Below are positions 12,820 to 24,717 of a stretch of 64,000 nt of DNA, piece after piece. Origin of the DNA: Podarcis pityusensis (Eukaryota); NCBI GenBank assembly GCA_964106645.2, contig OZ067040.1; one strand, 5' to 3'. The position numbers and the translations under genes were made by a program. The notes beneath the pieces are model-generated. The model did no database searches, was not told the DNA's origin, and saw only the letters and a program-made list of their open reading frames with translations. The first letter of the stretch is position 1, and every line of letters starts with the position of its first letter.

Positions 12820-13566
12820 GGGACACGGGTGGCGATGTGGGTTAAACCACAGAGCCTAGGGCTTGCCGATCAGAAGGTCGGCGGTTCGAATCCCCGTGAC
12901 GGGGTGAGCTCCTGTTGCTCGGTCCCTGCTCCTGTCAACCTAGCAGTTCGAAAGCACGTCAAAGTGCAAGTAGATAAATAGGTACCGCTCCAGCGGGAAG
13001 GTAAACAGTGTTTCTGGTTCGCCAGAAGCAGTTTAGTCATGCTGGCCACTTTTGCGAATTTTCTGTGGCGCTTTAGCAGAAAAGCTCAGAGTTCCAGGTT
13101 CTTCAGTGGAGTATATTTATTGTGAGCTAGATATATACGGTATATACAAATATCTACAGGCTATAATACACGAGCAGTTCATACAGTCAAACAGAGTACC
13201 TGGCTGCACCTTAAGGCAAATAGGAAGACCTCTAACTCTCACTCTCTGGCTACAGTCCTCTATACCACACCTTTGCTGCTGGACAGGTTTCCCTTTTAAA
13301 CCGATGACAGCCAATCAACTGTCAGCACATTACTGCTGAGTCATTCTGACCCAGCACTTCCATAGAAAGTATTGTAGGCTGATTGCATCAGCCAGCTGCA
13401 TCAGCTAGCAAACTCAAGCCTGCAGACTTACTATCTCACACATCAGTCTGTGAATCACATGACCTGGAAGCTGTACGTCGGCTCCCTCAGCCAATAAAGC
13501 GAGATGAGCACCGCAACCCCAGAGTCATCTGCGACTGGACCTAACGGTCAGGGTCCCTTTACCTTT
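12820..13566 (+). mobile_element. Sauria SINE, interrupted by a 400-bp insertion
   Basis: GGGACACGGGTGGCG...GGTTCGAATCC head, CCTTTACCTTT tail, TSD TTAGAGCA(G/C)TTTA. Confidence 0.92.
13050..13455 (-). mobile_element. Probable solo LTR nested in the Sauria SINE
   Basis: Splits the SINE at GGCCAC|ATGACC with a CAC duplication; has AATAAA and TATA-like motifs on -. Termini are not a clean TG..CA. Confidence 0.55.
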
Positions 13567-13864
13567 TTAGAGCACTTTAGGGTGACAAATTCACTTTTGC
13601 AGTTAGGGAAGTGATTGGGAAATGCACTAAAAATGTAGATTTTTTTAAAAAAAACCTCTTACATTTTTCATATATAACAAAAACATGTCAGAAATTACAA
13701 TATGTAGAAGTCATATTTGGTCTGGTTTGTCTGATATACAATACTACCTTTTGGAAGGCGGTTAGGCTTGGGGTCTGGTTTCAGAAAAATATAGACAACC
13801 ACAAAACTTAAAATCAAACACCTGTCAGAGTTTAAAACTAAGCCCCACATCGATCCTTCCCTAA

Positions 13865-14105
13865 CACTGGCATGGTTAAGTATATTTGATGAGCAAAATT
13901 CAGTTGTGAAATATAAAGAGATATTACCAATACTATTGGCTGCAGTGAGACAGGTAATAGCAAGAAATTGGAAAGCAGAAGATGGAGGATCATTTCAAGA
14001 ATGGAACGTTTTCTTGGTGCAATATGCTGTAATAGAAAGGTTGACAAAGCAAGTACAAACAGCAAGACAAACGTGGAAGTTGATTTTGTAGGATGGTAGG
14101 ACAGG
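13865..14105 (+). mobile_element. Degraded L1 ORF2 C-terminal fragment
   Basis: ILLAAVRQVIARNWK...EW motif similar to the other L1 copies. Confidence 0.6.
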
Positions 14106-14175
14106 TTCACCCTATGGTCAAGAACTAGTGAAACTGGGACCTCAACACCAGCTTCCCAAGAGCTTTCCTCTAGAG

Positions 14176-14564
14176 CAGTGGTTTTCAACCAGTGTGCCGT
14201 GGCACCTTGGGGTGCCTTGAATGATGGTCAGGGGTGCCACAGGCAACACTGGCCTCTGTCCCTCTTTCCTTCCCTCCCTCCTCTGATGCCCTCTTCCGCC
14301 TCTGCCTCCCAAAGGCTTTCATGGCTGTTTGTTGCAGTAGCCCTGACTACAAGCTCGCCTGGAGAATGGTGCCTTTGGGGCTGGCTGTGAGAGAGGAGAA
14401 AGGGAGACTGAGGGAACACTCCACAAGGGAGGGTGTTTGAAAAGGGGCTGCCGGCTCTGCAGGCAAGGGGTGACATAACTGGGCTCCTGAGCCCCACAGG
14501 GGTGCTACAGAAAGAATGTAGTTGGTCAAGGGAGCTGTGGACTCAAAAAGGTTGAAAACCTCTG
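14176..14564. mobile_element. Non-autonomous hAT (Charlie-like) element
   Basis: TIR CAGTGGTTTTCAACC / GGTTGAAAACCTCTG. Confidence 0.7.
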
Positions 14565-15251
14565 CTTGATGTATTGAACTAAAACAATGCATTGCTCTTC
14601 ACATTCTCCTTATGTATTATGAAAATAGGATAAAGCAAAGACTGATGTATATAACCTCTGAGCAGGCAAATCAGGATGGTTACTCAATGTCGTATAGCCT
14701 CTCTGCAAACAAATCAGAACAAATTGCAGTTCCACCACTTCCCACACCTGATGTGGCAGCTCTGTTGTCTGTTCCAAAATTTGCAATGCACTCAGCTTAT
14801 CAATCAATCAATTACCTGCCCTTCACTCTGAGGTCCCAGAACGGGTCACAACATTAAAACACAATATTCAAAACAGTTTAAAACAATTTGCAATAACTAC
14901 TTGTGATCCCTGATTTCATGAAGCAAACATGTATGTTCACTTATACCTGCATTTGAGTAGTAACTATGAAGCCAGACACCTTCAATTCTTGTAATCAAAC
15001 CAGGTACAGAATACCAGTTTATGAAACACTAAAAATAAATAATTAGTAATATTAATATTTATAATTACTATTGTTGCTACTGTTACACCTAAAACTGCTA
15101 GTGGTTCATCATGACGCAATGCAAGTGAAACATTCATACATGAAAACAGGTATGTGAAAACTTTTCCAAAAGCTATGAATTGATAATATTGAGTAATTAA
15201 TGTGCAACCCAAATGTTTGAACATTCAAACTGGAAGTGACTTTTGTGGGAA

Positions 15252-15650
15252 TAAAATAAAAAAAATTCCTTCCAGTAGCACCTTGGAGACCAACTAAGTT
15301 TGTTATTGGCATGAGCTTTCATGTGCATGCACACTTCTTCAGATACACTGAAACAGAAGTTGCCAGACCCTTATATATAGTGAGAGGGTGGGGAGGGGTA
15401 TTACTCAGAAGGGTGGTGGGAATGGATGATTGGCTGATAGGTGTGGTAAAGCAGTTGACGACTGTTAATGACTGCAATTGGTCTTACAGGAAAAAGCAAG
15501 GGATGAGATGGCCAAAAATAGCTTTATCTTGTATAATGAGATAAGAATCCAATGTCTCTATTCAGACCAGGTTTCTCCATGGTTTTAAGTTTGGTAATAA
15601 GTTGTAATTCAGCAACTTCTCTTTCCAGTCTATTTCTGAAATTATTTTGT
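15252..15650 (-). mobile_element. Penelope-like element 3' end (GIY-YIG C-terminus plus pseudo-LTR)
   Basis: Minus strand encodes QNNFRNRLEREVAELQLITKLKTMEKPGLNRDIGFLSHYTR-stop. The same terminal sequence recurs at about 47640-47725 and 58235-58340. Confidence 0.8.
15309..15346 (-). ncRNA. Minimal type I hammerhead ribozyme motif of the Penelope element
   Basis: GTAT-CTGAAGA-AGTGTGCATGCACAT-GAAA-GCTC-ATGC: CUGANGA and GAAA cores, stem I (GUAU/AUGC), palindromic stem II and a very short palindromic stem III. Confidence 0.65.
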
Positions 15651-15820
15651 GGGAATGTTCAGGGTGGCAGGAGATGATATATTGTTTATTAATATCCTTC
15701 CTAACTTGCACTACCAAGTTCCTTTACTTAGCAGAGTTTACATTCCCCTTCTCACACATGGCAGAAAACTAGTTGCAAACTCGTGTACACAATTCAATCT
15801 GGCTTGTCCAGATTGAAATG

Positions 15821-16317
15821 TGTTTTAATATTTTTTCTGGTAAGACCCCTTGAATCCCTACTAAAATAATAAAGACACCACAGTCTTATTCATAAGCAAT
15901 AAAAAGAAATTTTACTCACGATCAGGCAGAGCACAGTGTGATCCCTGAAGGCAGGCTTAAGGCTTAAAGTTACACGCATATACAAACAGGTTTACCCAAT
16001 ATGTGGGTTGACCTAATGACTGCAGTTAGCAGTCTGGGAAGTTCGCAGGATGAAAGGAAGATGGAAGAGAGAGTGGCAGCATGCCTTGTCCTTTTACCAG
16101 GTCTGGAAAAGTCACACCCACCCACTAGTCACATGCAAGGAAGGATGCGCCAGGCCAGGAGGAACAGGAAATTTCGACTGGCTGGACCAAACATTCCCTT
16201 GCATGTCCACTCTAGGGAAACAAGGAATGTTGTATTTGACTGCTCCCAGTGGATTACATCCCACAACTCTGCCGCAGAAGACCAGTGATTGAGATAAGGA
16301 AACAGTATTGTAAAACA
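15821..16317. mobile_element. Probable solo LTR
   Basis: TGTTTTA...TAAAACA termini; near-TSD AATG/AATT; about 500 bp. Confidence 0.5.
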
Positions 16318-16767
16318 AATTTTTGCTCTAATGGGAATTGTGCTCGCCCCAAGCCAAGCTCCCATACCACGAATGAATCTGCCCACTGCAACATGAATTT
16401 CAATGTACATTCTTTCTGTAGAAGCTTCCTCTAACCACTATAGTGCACATTTGTACACACTACGCTGCGTTCAACTTACAATCCCTGTGAGCAAAGCTAC
16501 ATTTACCTGTTAGTGTCACTTAGTAATAGCTGAACACTTGGTCACGAAGTTTCTTTGTTGGAAGTGGTAAATTTTCAACCACTGATTTCCTGGGTTCACC
16601 ACTAGTGTAGATGAAAGAGATAATGCTGATTTCTCAGAATCCTATTTCAGTAGCCATTTGTCTGATACTTGGAAGTAACTTAATTTTCAGGTAAGAGCTC
16701 CCCCCATCTTCATCACCAAGTGCTTTGAAAACTGAAGGAGAAAGAAACAGCATTGAAATAAACCACT

Positions 16768-17095
16768 CAGTGGCATAGCGTGGGCGGCAGCGGCACAGAG
16801 GCAGTTGCCCCGGGTGCAAAATTGTTAAGGGGGTGTAAAATTTCAACGCCCAGTGTTGCCTCAATACAGCTGTTAACTTCTGTTCCTGGGCTCCATTGAA
16901 AACAGCTTCTCTGTGTGAACCAGGAAGTGACCTCTAAGGACAATGGAACAACTCTTCTTATTTCTGTGGCTGCGATCTCCTGAGTGACATGGATGCCGTG
17001 CATTTCAAGGTGCATAAGTATTCCATCTGTTTCCCTCTGGCCCTCCCACCCCCTCCATGCAGCCCCGGGCACTGGCAACCCACGCTACATCACTG
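16768..17095. mobile_element. Non-autonomous hAT-like element
   Basis: IR CAGTGGCATAGCGTGGG / CCCACGCTACATCACTG; similar flanks ATAAACCAC and ATAAGCCAC. Confidence 0.6.
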
Positions 17096-18050
17096 TATAA
17101 GCCACAGGGATGGCACTGGAATTCAACAACATCTGGATGGCTGAAGCTTCCTCATCCCTCCTCTAAAATCATCTTGCCCAATCCTTGTGCCATCAATTGT
17201 AAAAATTACCATGCCCCCAGACCTCACCTCCATCAATGCAAATGTGTGCATTTCAGAAATATAATGGAAAGTTTGGGGGGAAGCACTGAATTCAGATAAG
17301 CTCAAGGATTCCCCTTTGGCTTTTCCAGACAAGCATGTTGTTGTGCAACAAATGTGATGTTCCAACTCATTTGTCATTGATGAGATGCCCCTTTCCACAA
17401 CAAAGCATTTCTCACTGAGACCATACTTCTGTTGTAGAAAATCCACATTTCCACCACTACCCCTTCCAGCGCCGACGTATTGTAACATTTAGTTGCTGGG
17501 AAATTGTAGTAGTTTCTCCACCTCTCTCCCCCACCGCCAGGAGACATAGCTCTTGCCATAGGCAGCCTCCTGTAGATTTTCACAAGTGTCATGCGATTTC
17601 CACATCCATGAGTTGGCATTACTGGATGTATGCACGCAGATTGTCTCATACAGATGGCGAGCATCATGTCCGCATCTAGTCTGGATTTTTCAAGGTTGCT
17701 TAAGATGAATAAGAGAAATGACAGGAAAAACATGAAACGATGTTAAGATAGCCTTAGGGGGTTGAGTAACAGGTATAACAAAGCAATTAAGGATAAGAGT
17801 AAAAGCATCAGCACAGGAGAAGTGGGAAGTCAAAAAGGAAAATATAAGTGAATGATATATTGTATGTGAAGTAAATTTGTTAATTTTTAAAAGGAAAAAA
17901 ACCCTAATAAAATTAATTTTAAAAAGATGAGCAAGCAAAACAGGGTGTTTTAAACAGGTTTTTTTTGTATTGTTTAAAATATGTCAATATTCTGCAAGTG
18001 GCTGTGACAGCCTTTGTAAAATAAACACTGCAGTATATATAAACACTGCA

Positions 18051-18051
<1 letters not shown>

Positions 18052-18093
<42 letters not shown>
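18052..18093. repeat. (TA)n(CA)n microsatellite
   Basis: Read directly; preceded by a tandem duplication of ATAAACACTGCAGTAT. Confidence 0.95.
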
Positions 18094-18536
18094 ATCTTCT
18101 CTGAATCGTTTTTATGCTACCTTATGTTCAATGAAGATTAAGGCAGTTCACCACCATATTAAAATGCACTTATAACAAAGATATAAGACATTAAAAAGAG
18201 AAATAAATAATATGCAAAAATAGAACACGATGCCACAGTGTTCATTACGCAGGTTATGTCCCATGTATTTGAGGGTGTCTGTGAAATGACATTTGCCCCT
18301 TAGTGACCTTTGTCTTTCTCATACTTTCCCACCTTCTGTTGCAGGGGTGAAGGACCTTTTTCAGTCCATGGGCCACATTCCTTCATGGGTAACTTTCCAG
18401 GGGCCGCATTCTAGCAGCAGGTGGGACCAGGTGAAAAATGCAAGTGGGGCAACTCTTACCTTTGTACAGTATGTTATCTTCATGTCATGAAAACGCCAGA
18501 GATTTCTACACCACCCACCCACCCACCCAGGAAAGC

Positions 18537-18578
<42 letters not shown>

Positions 18579-18690
18579 TTATTATTTGTACCCCGCCCAT
18601 CTGGCTGGGTTTCCCCAGCCACTCTGGGCGGCTTCCATAGAAACCAAAAATAGAGTAAAATATCACAGATTAAAAACTTCCCTGAAGAAG
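18537..18690 (-). mobile_element. L2 LINE 3' end with (TTA)n tail
   Basis: CCGCCCAGAGTGGCTGGGGAAACCCAGCCAGATGGGCGGGG 3' motif, shared with copies at 24.1, 41.6 and 57.5 kb. Confidence 0.8.
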
Positions 18691-18874
18691 AGTTACCACT
18701 GCTCAGGGACAAATGATTTGAGGTTGTCAAGCATGGCTGGTGAGGGGTGTGGCTTCTGGAAGGGGTGTGGCCTGCAGAGATCCTCCTAAGGACCAGATGG
18801 GAAGACCTAGAGGGCTATAGTCATCTCATAGGCCTGAAGTTACCCACAGTTTTTTTTTAAGGAGTGTTGTTGTT

Positions 18875-19088
18875 GTTTGCATTTAGAGTCCACCTTTTTG
18901 TTTTAGGAGCTCAAGGTGGGGTACCTGGTTGTCCCCTTCCTCATTTAATACAAACAACAACCCTGTGAGGTAGATTAAGCAGTGACTGGCCCAAGATCAC
19001 CCAGGGAGCTTCATGGCTGAGTGGGGATTTGAAGCCCATTCTGCCAGGCCCTAGTACGGTACTCCAACCACTACACCACATGGGCTCT
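18875..19088 (-). mobile_element. Older tRNA-derived SINE (Squam3/Ther1-like)
   Basis: TGTGGTGTAGTGGTT head and GGGTGATCTTGGGCCAGTCAC core. Confidence 0.7.
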
Positions 19089-19159
19089 CACTGGCTCACA
19101 ACAGTCAAAAAGTAGAATGTGCACTCCTAGAGGTGGGGACCTGTCTATCTCATATAGCA

Positions 19160-19850
19160 AAGTGCACATGGTGGGGGACACATGGTGCTCCTTCTGGGGT
19201 AGTTTGTCCACCATTGGTCCTCATCCCACACTCATATCTCACCTGTGGCTCCTAGCAGCTCTCAGCATGTGACAGCAGCCACACCCCAGGAATGGCTTCA
19301 ACTGGCCAGCTAAACCAGGTGAGGGTAGCTGATGGGTGAGTTAGGGACTTGTCTTGCATGAGAAGACAGGCTCTGGCGGACTGAGCGAATGAGACCATTA
19401 GTGGGTCCAATGGTCAAGAAGGCGGTTTCTGCTTGTGCTGTAGAGGGATGTGAGGGGCAGATGGGGCTCATCAACCTGGGTAGGTAACACATCTAGGAAA
19501 GGGAAAGATCCACTGCCTTGTGGGACATCTTCAGGAGAAGAATAGGCTAAGGAATAAACCCTACACAAATTCAGAGTGGAGTCCGTAAGACGGTTGGACG
19601 GGGCCTTATATGCCTCTTTCCAGCAACTCCTGCAGCCAAGCTGGTGCCAAATATATTGCTCTGCTTTCCTTTGGACCACATCAGCGAGGCTGAGGGGGGG
19701 TCTTGTCGTTTGAGCAGCCCAGGACCCCATACACACTGCCCAGGCTTGCGCCCCAAGGGAGGTCCATTCAATGCTGCTAGTGCACTGGTTTGACTTCACC
19801 CCCAGAGGTACACTCCATTGTCTCTCGAGGCAGACAGATGCCAACAACAA
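19160..19850 (+). mobile_element. Non-autonomous RTE-derived retroelement
   Basis: 3' end CACTCCATTGTCTCTCGAGGCAGACAGATGCCAACAAC matches the RTE tail at 8634-8673; no RT coding; possible TSD ATATAGCA. Confidence 0.6.
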
Positions 19851-20699
19851 TATATGCATATATAGCATCACTAGGTGGCCAAATAAAGAAACGAAGAGTC
19901 CAAATCATTATAGGGCTGTCTTTCCTAAGAACACAAATGGCTGCTAGTCTTTTACTGTGTGAAAGATGAAACCGGTAGGATTTCAGATAGGCAGCAACTG
20001 TGTCAGGGAACAACATATTTTGACTCACACTGTCCTCTAGTGGTATTTACTCAGTCACATGCTAAATTGTGGACAGATGGGATGAACTTGAATAGATGAA
20101 GTGCCTGAGGGTCTGGAGAACAAGAACCATGTTTTCCCTTCAAATTTCTGCTTGGTGAGGCAGCAACAGACGACACACGTGTTTAGGCATGTGCACGCAC
20201 ATGTCCACATTGCCATGTGTTCCTCTGTTTCCCCAAAGCGGTCCAGATTGTGGGGTTTGTGTGGATGCTGATTACCACTCTGGAAAAGGAGAGGGTTGCA
20301 CTTTTCATCTGGTCAACTGGCATTCAGGGTGATCTTTTGCATGTCTGGCCACAGAAAACTGCACCATACAGACATCCCCACACTGGTCTGCAATGCAGAG
20401 AGCAGTGGGGGTATTGTGACACAATTGAGAGCTGACAGGAACAGCTGTGGCAGGGAGGGACAGTGGACAAGGGACTTTTTGCAAGGGACCTTTATCGAGG
20501 TGGAGTAACAAAGGCCATTCAACTTATTTCTTGACCAGCAGAGGCAGGAAGTTTCAGAGTCAGAGGTGCCTCCGTCCCCTCTCGCATTGTAAATACTACA
20601 ATAATAAATTAAGTAACAAACCATTTGTTGCCCATTCATGACTTCCAAAATCAGCTGCCGTGTGAGGCAAGCTGATTCATCTTGCGTAACTGTAGAGAT

Positions 20700-21490
20700 A
20701 CACTCTGTTTAACTGAAATCGCTTTGCGCGTCGAGGTCCCCAAGACACTCCCCCAAAGAAAAACACAATTGACACTTAATTTTTGTTTAAGGTTTTTGGC
20801 ATAATTTTGGCCACAACTTTATTCAAATTACAGCAATGTGAGTGGTTGCTTAGGCATTGGTAGCACTAACAGACCCCGTGAAGTCAGCAAGGGTAAGTCA
20901 CCTGGGGAGAGAGACGGGACTGGGAACCATGCCTCACCTCTCCCCAGAATGCTCCCAGGGGCTTGCGTGGCCCTAGCCCCTTGCCAGGGGGTTTCGGACA
21001 AAAGCATGGGGAGCCCCTGGGTTCCTTTAACGGAAAACCCTTGAAGCAGCAGCAGCAGCAGCATTTTGGAGGGGCAGGCACAGCCGAATCCATACCCCTC
21101 CACCAACCAATTCCAAGACCAATGCCTAACCGCAAACCTTACAAGTTGTGACGATTTGCTACGCAGTAGGCAAAAACCAAGTGGCACACACTAATCAGCC
21201 AAATGGACAAAATTCCTACCAGGCCCCTGCCCCAAAGCAGATGACCCCATGACAGGCATAGCAAGGTCAAGCAAACAGCCTAAAATTAGGGAAGGGAGGG
21301 CGGGTGATCCGAAGTAAGCAGCGAAAAGAGGAAGTTCCTCCCTGCGAGCATTCTATTTAACAAATAGGGCTGTCAATCAACAAATGGCAACATCTAGATT
21401 TCCCCAGTAACAGCCCGCCCCTGCTTAAAGGATGGCCAAACCATTTGCCTAGTAACAGTGAGGTGTCTTGTCAGCCCCGCCCACAACCTG
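20700..21490 (-). mobile_element. LTR- or DIRS-like terminal repeat fragment
   Basis: CpG-richer block with GC boxes, CAAT- and TATA-like motifs and AATAAAGT on -. Boundaries uncertain. Confidence 0.35.
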
Positions 21491-22250
21491 TGCTCTCCAT
21501 GAGGGAGGACACACTTTGTCGGCCTGCCAGTTCTCCTGCTTCAGATGATGCAGTAGTACATAGGCAGTAGTGAAGAGGCTTGATTTAGATGCTTATTATA
21601 TTGTGAATGTTTCCATGCCATTTCATGCTAGCTCTGTCTCTAGCTCCATCTCTGATGTCTCAGTGGCCAAAACGCTTCCATTTCCTCTCCATGCTGCTTA
21701 ACTGTGAATATGTATGTGGCGTCTTCTCTCTCATCCTGCAAAGAAGCCACTTCATCTTTTCTCCCAGAAGTCTGTTCAAATATTATAACTGCGTTTTCTC
21801 ACATTCATCGTTCCGTATTCCTTCCTCTTGCTCTCCTTCCTCTTCTTCTCCTACACAGGTAGATGGGCAAACTGGCAGTTCCGCAGATAGTGTTGGTCTC
21901 GATCAGCCCCGGCTAGCATGCCCAATGGTCATGGATGATGGGATATGACATCCCAACAATCTTTGGGGGAGGCACAGGTTCACCACCCCCTACTCAAGTG
22001 TCTCCTTCAATAGCAACATTTTAATCAGAAGCTCCTTGCTTATGGAATTCTGTGAATCGCCCTGAGATCTACAGGTATAGGGTAGTATACGAACTTATTA
22101 AATCATCATCATCATCATCATCAAGGTATGTGTGTATATATGTGTATATATATATACACACACACACACACCATCAAAATTCTGTTTACTTTCTTAGCCT
22201 ACACTGTAGGGCTAGAAGGCACACCACTTTAGGGCTAGAAGGCACACCAC

Positions 22251-23090
22251 AGGTGGTACATGACCCCAGTCAAGCTTGCAAAAATCTATCATTTGCCCGA
22301 TAATAAATGCTGGAAATATAAAGAAACTGAAGGTACATTCTTTCACCTTTGGTGGACGTGCCCAAAGATTAAGGCTTTCTGGGAAATGATATATAATGAA
22401 TTGAAAAAGGTATTTAAATATACCTTCCTGAAGAAACCAGAGGCCTTTCTTCTGGGCATTGTCGGCCAATTGGTGCCAAAGAAGGACAGAACTTTTTTTA
22501 TGTATGCTACAACAGCAGGAAGAATACTCATTGCAAAGTATTGGAAGACACAAGATCTACCCACTCTGGAAGAATGGCAGATGAAGGTGATTGACTACAT
22601 GGAATTGGCAGAAATGACTGGCAGAATCCGAGACCAGGGAGAAGAGTCGGTGAAAGAAGACTGGAAGAAATTTAAAGACTATTTACAGAAATATTGTAAA
22701 ATTAATGACTCTTAGAAGGATGTTGGATAGAAACTAAGTGGTTTCCAGCTGTAATGCTTTAAGAGATACGAAAAAAGGTTCACAAATGGGTAAAAGCTTA
22801 ATGGTAAGGATTTGCTGAACTAACAAACTGAACTGGAATACAAAAAAGGGAGGTACGAGGAGGTCCGGGGAAATAAGTGTATGGAAGATATGCTATGGAA
22901 AATTAATGTGTTTTTAACTGTTTTTATTTTGTATGTTTCTTTTTATTTTTCATTTCTTTGTTATACCTTAATAAGGGTTTTGTTATTCTTTTTTCTGTAT
23001 TTTGTATTTTCTTGTATTTTTATTTTTTGTTTTTTTTGTAATTCTTGTATTCTTTGAAATTTTAATAAATATCATTTAAAAAAAAAAAGA
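22251..23090 (+). mobile_element. Young 5'-truncated L1 insertion
   Basis: Open ORF2 C-terminus (CWKYKETEGTFFHLWWTCP...YATTAGRILIAKYWK), T-rich UTR, AATAAA, poly(A), TSD AGAAGGCACACCAC. Confidence 0.92.
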
Positions 23091-24097
23091 AGAAGGCACA
23101 CCACTTTCTTTCACTGTTTTCGTCTGAAAACCAATGGCTTCCAATGCTGGGGCGATTCTTCTGAAATGATCTAACATCTTGAATGGATAGTTCATGCAGG
23201 TTTAGCACTCTTAAAAGTGTCATGTCTCTAGCAACAATTCTGTGTTAATTGCAAAGAACATTTGTCCCTTGAGAATTATGAATCAAAATTCATTCCCCCC
23301 CCTTTTTAATTTACAGATATTGAACTTTCATCTAACTTGACATCATTCGGACCACATGTCCTGTTTTATTCCACAGATGTGGGTTTTTATTAGTGTGAGT
23401 CAGAGAAACAGAATTGCCTTCTTCTCTCCCTCCCCCCATAAACTTAGGGTAATCTATCTTCCTATATAGGATATTGCCATGGTAACCTTGGTGTTACTAG
23501 AATGACCTAATACAATTAACTGGGCCCTGTTCAGGCAAAATTTCCTTCTCACAGACCTTTGGTTTCCCCAGCACCCTTATTTCCTCTTCTCTTAACAGTA
23601 GCCAGAATACTTTGTGTTTAACCACTCAGGAATGAGTCATACACCAAGTACTTTGATGTGATTCTGCAGGCACCAATGAACTTACTTTAGTATAAATGGT
23701 CTGTCAGCTGCTCCTATAAATTCAAGATCTTCTAGAGACACAGCACCAACTGACAGGAAGTTAAGTATTACCAGGTTGGATGTACCAAAAATGAACTCAA
23801 CGGGGCTTACTTCTATTGCATGCATGTATAGGATGCACTGTTAAAGAGTCCAATCCTGCATCATGAGGGCTTCAGTTGGATTTTAGCAACCTAACTGGAC
23901 TCAGGATTGGATCCTTAGAGCTGGTTCACAATATAGTCATCGTCATGTCTCATCATTGCTTACTCAGCCTTGATGACTCAGCTGAATGTGAGAACCACCT
24001 ATCTCCACAGAGGGGGGAAATGTCATGTTTCAGATGATAGGAATATGAAAAGTCTGTCAGTGGTGTTTGGTCTGTGGTGGCTGATACAGCCATGTAA

Positions 24098-24480
24098 ATA
24101 GTAATAGTAGTAGTAGTAGTAGTAATAATAATAATAATAATAATTTATACCCTGCCCATCTGACTGGGTTTCCCCAGCCATTCCTGGTGGCTCCCCACAG
24201 AATATTAAAAACACGCTAAAACATGAAACATTAAAAACTTCCCTAAACAGGGTTGCCTTCAGATGTCTTCTAAAAGTCAGATAGTTGTTTATCTGCTTGG
24301 CAACTGATGGGAGGGCGTTCCACAGGGTGGACGCCACTACTGAGAAGGCCTTCTGCCTGGTTCCCTGTTAACTTCACATCTTACAGTCAGGGAACCGCCA
24401 GAAGGCCCTCGGAGCTGGACTTCAATGTCTGGGCTGAACAATGGGGATGGAGACACTCCTCCAGCTGTACTAGGTCAAGG
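24098..24480 (-). mobile_element. L2 LINE 3' fragment
   Basis: STLWNALP...TFRRHLKATLFREVF and a (TTA/CTA)n tail. Confidence 0.85.
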
Positions 24481-24486
24481 TCAGTA

Positions 24487-24717
24487 CAGTGGTACCTCAG
24501 GTTACGAACAGTCCTGCTTACAAACACTTTGGGTTACCAACTCCACAAACCTAGAAGTAGGTGTTCCAGGTTGCAAACTTTGCCCTGGGATACGAACACA
24601 ATCCGCTTCCGGGGCCGTGGGAGACCTATGTAGGGAATGCGCCCCTCGGGTTAAGAACGCTTCTGGTTAAGAACAGACTTCTGGAACGAATTAAGTTTGT
24701 AACCTGAGGTACCGCTA
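24487..24717. mobile_element. Tc1/mariner-type MITE
   Basis: TA-CAGTGGTACCTCAGGTTAC...GTAACCTGAGGTACCGCTA-TA. Confidence 0.8.
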
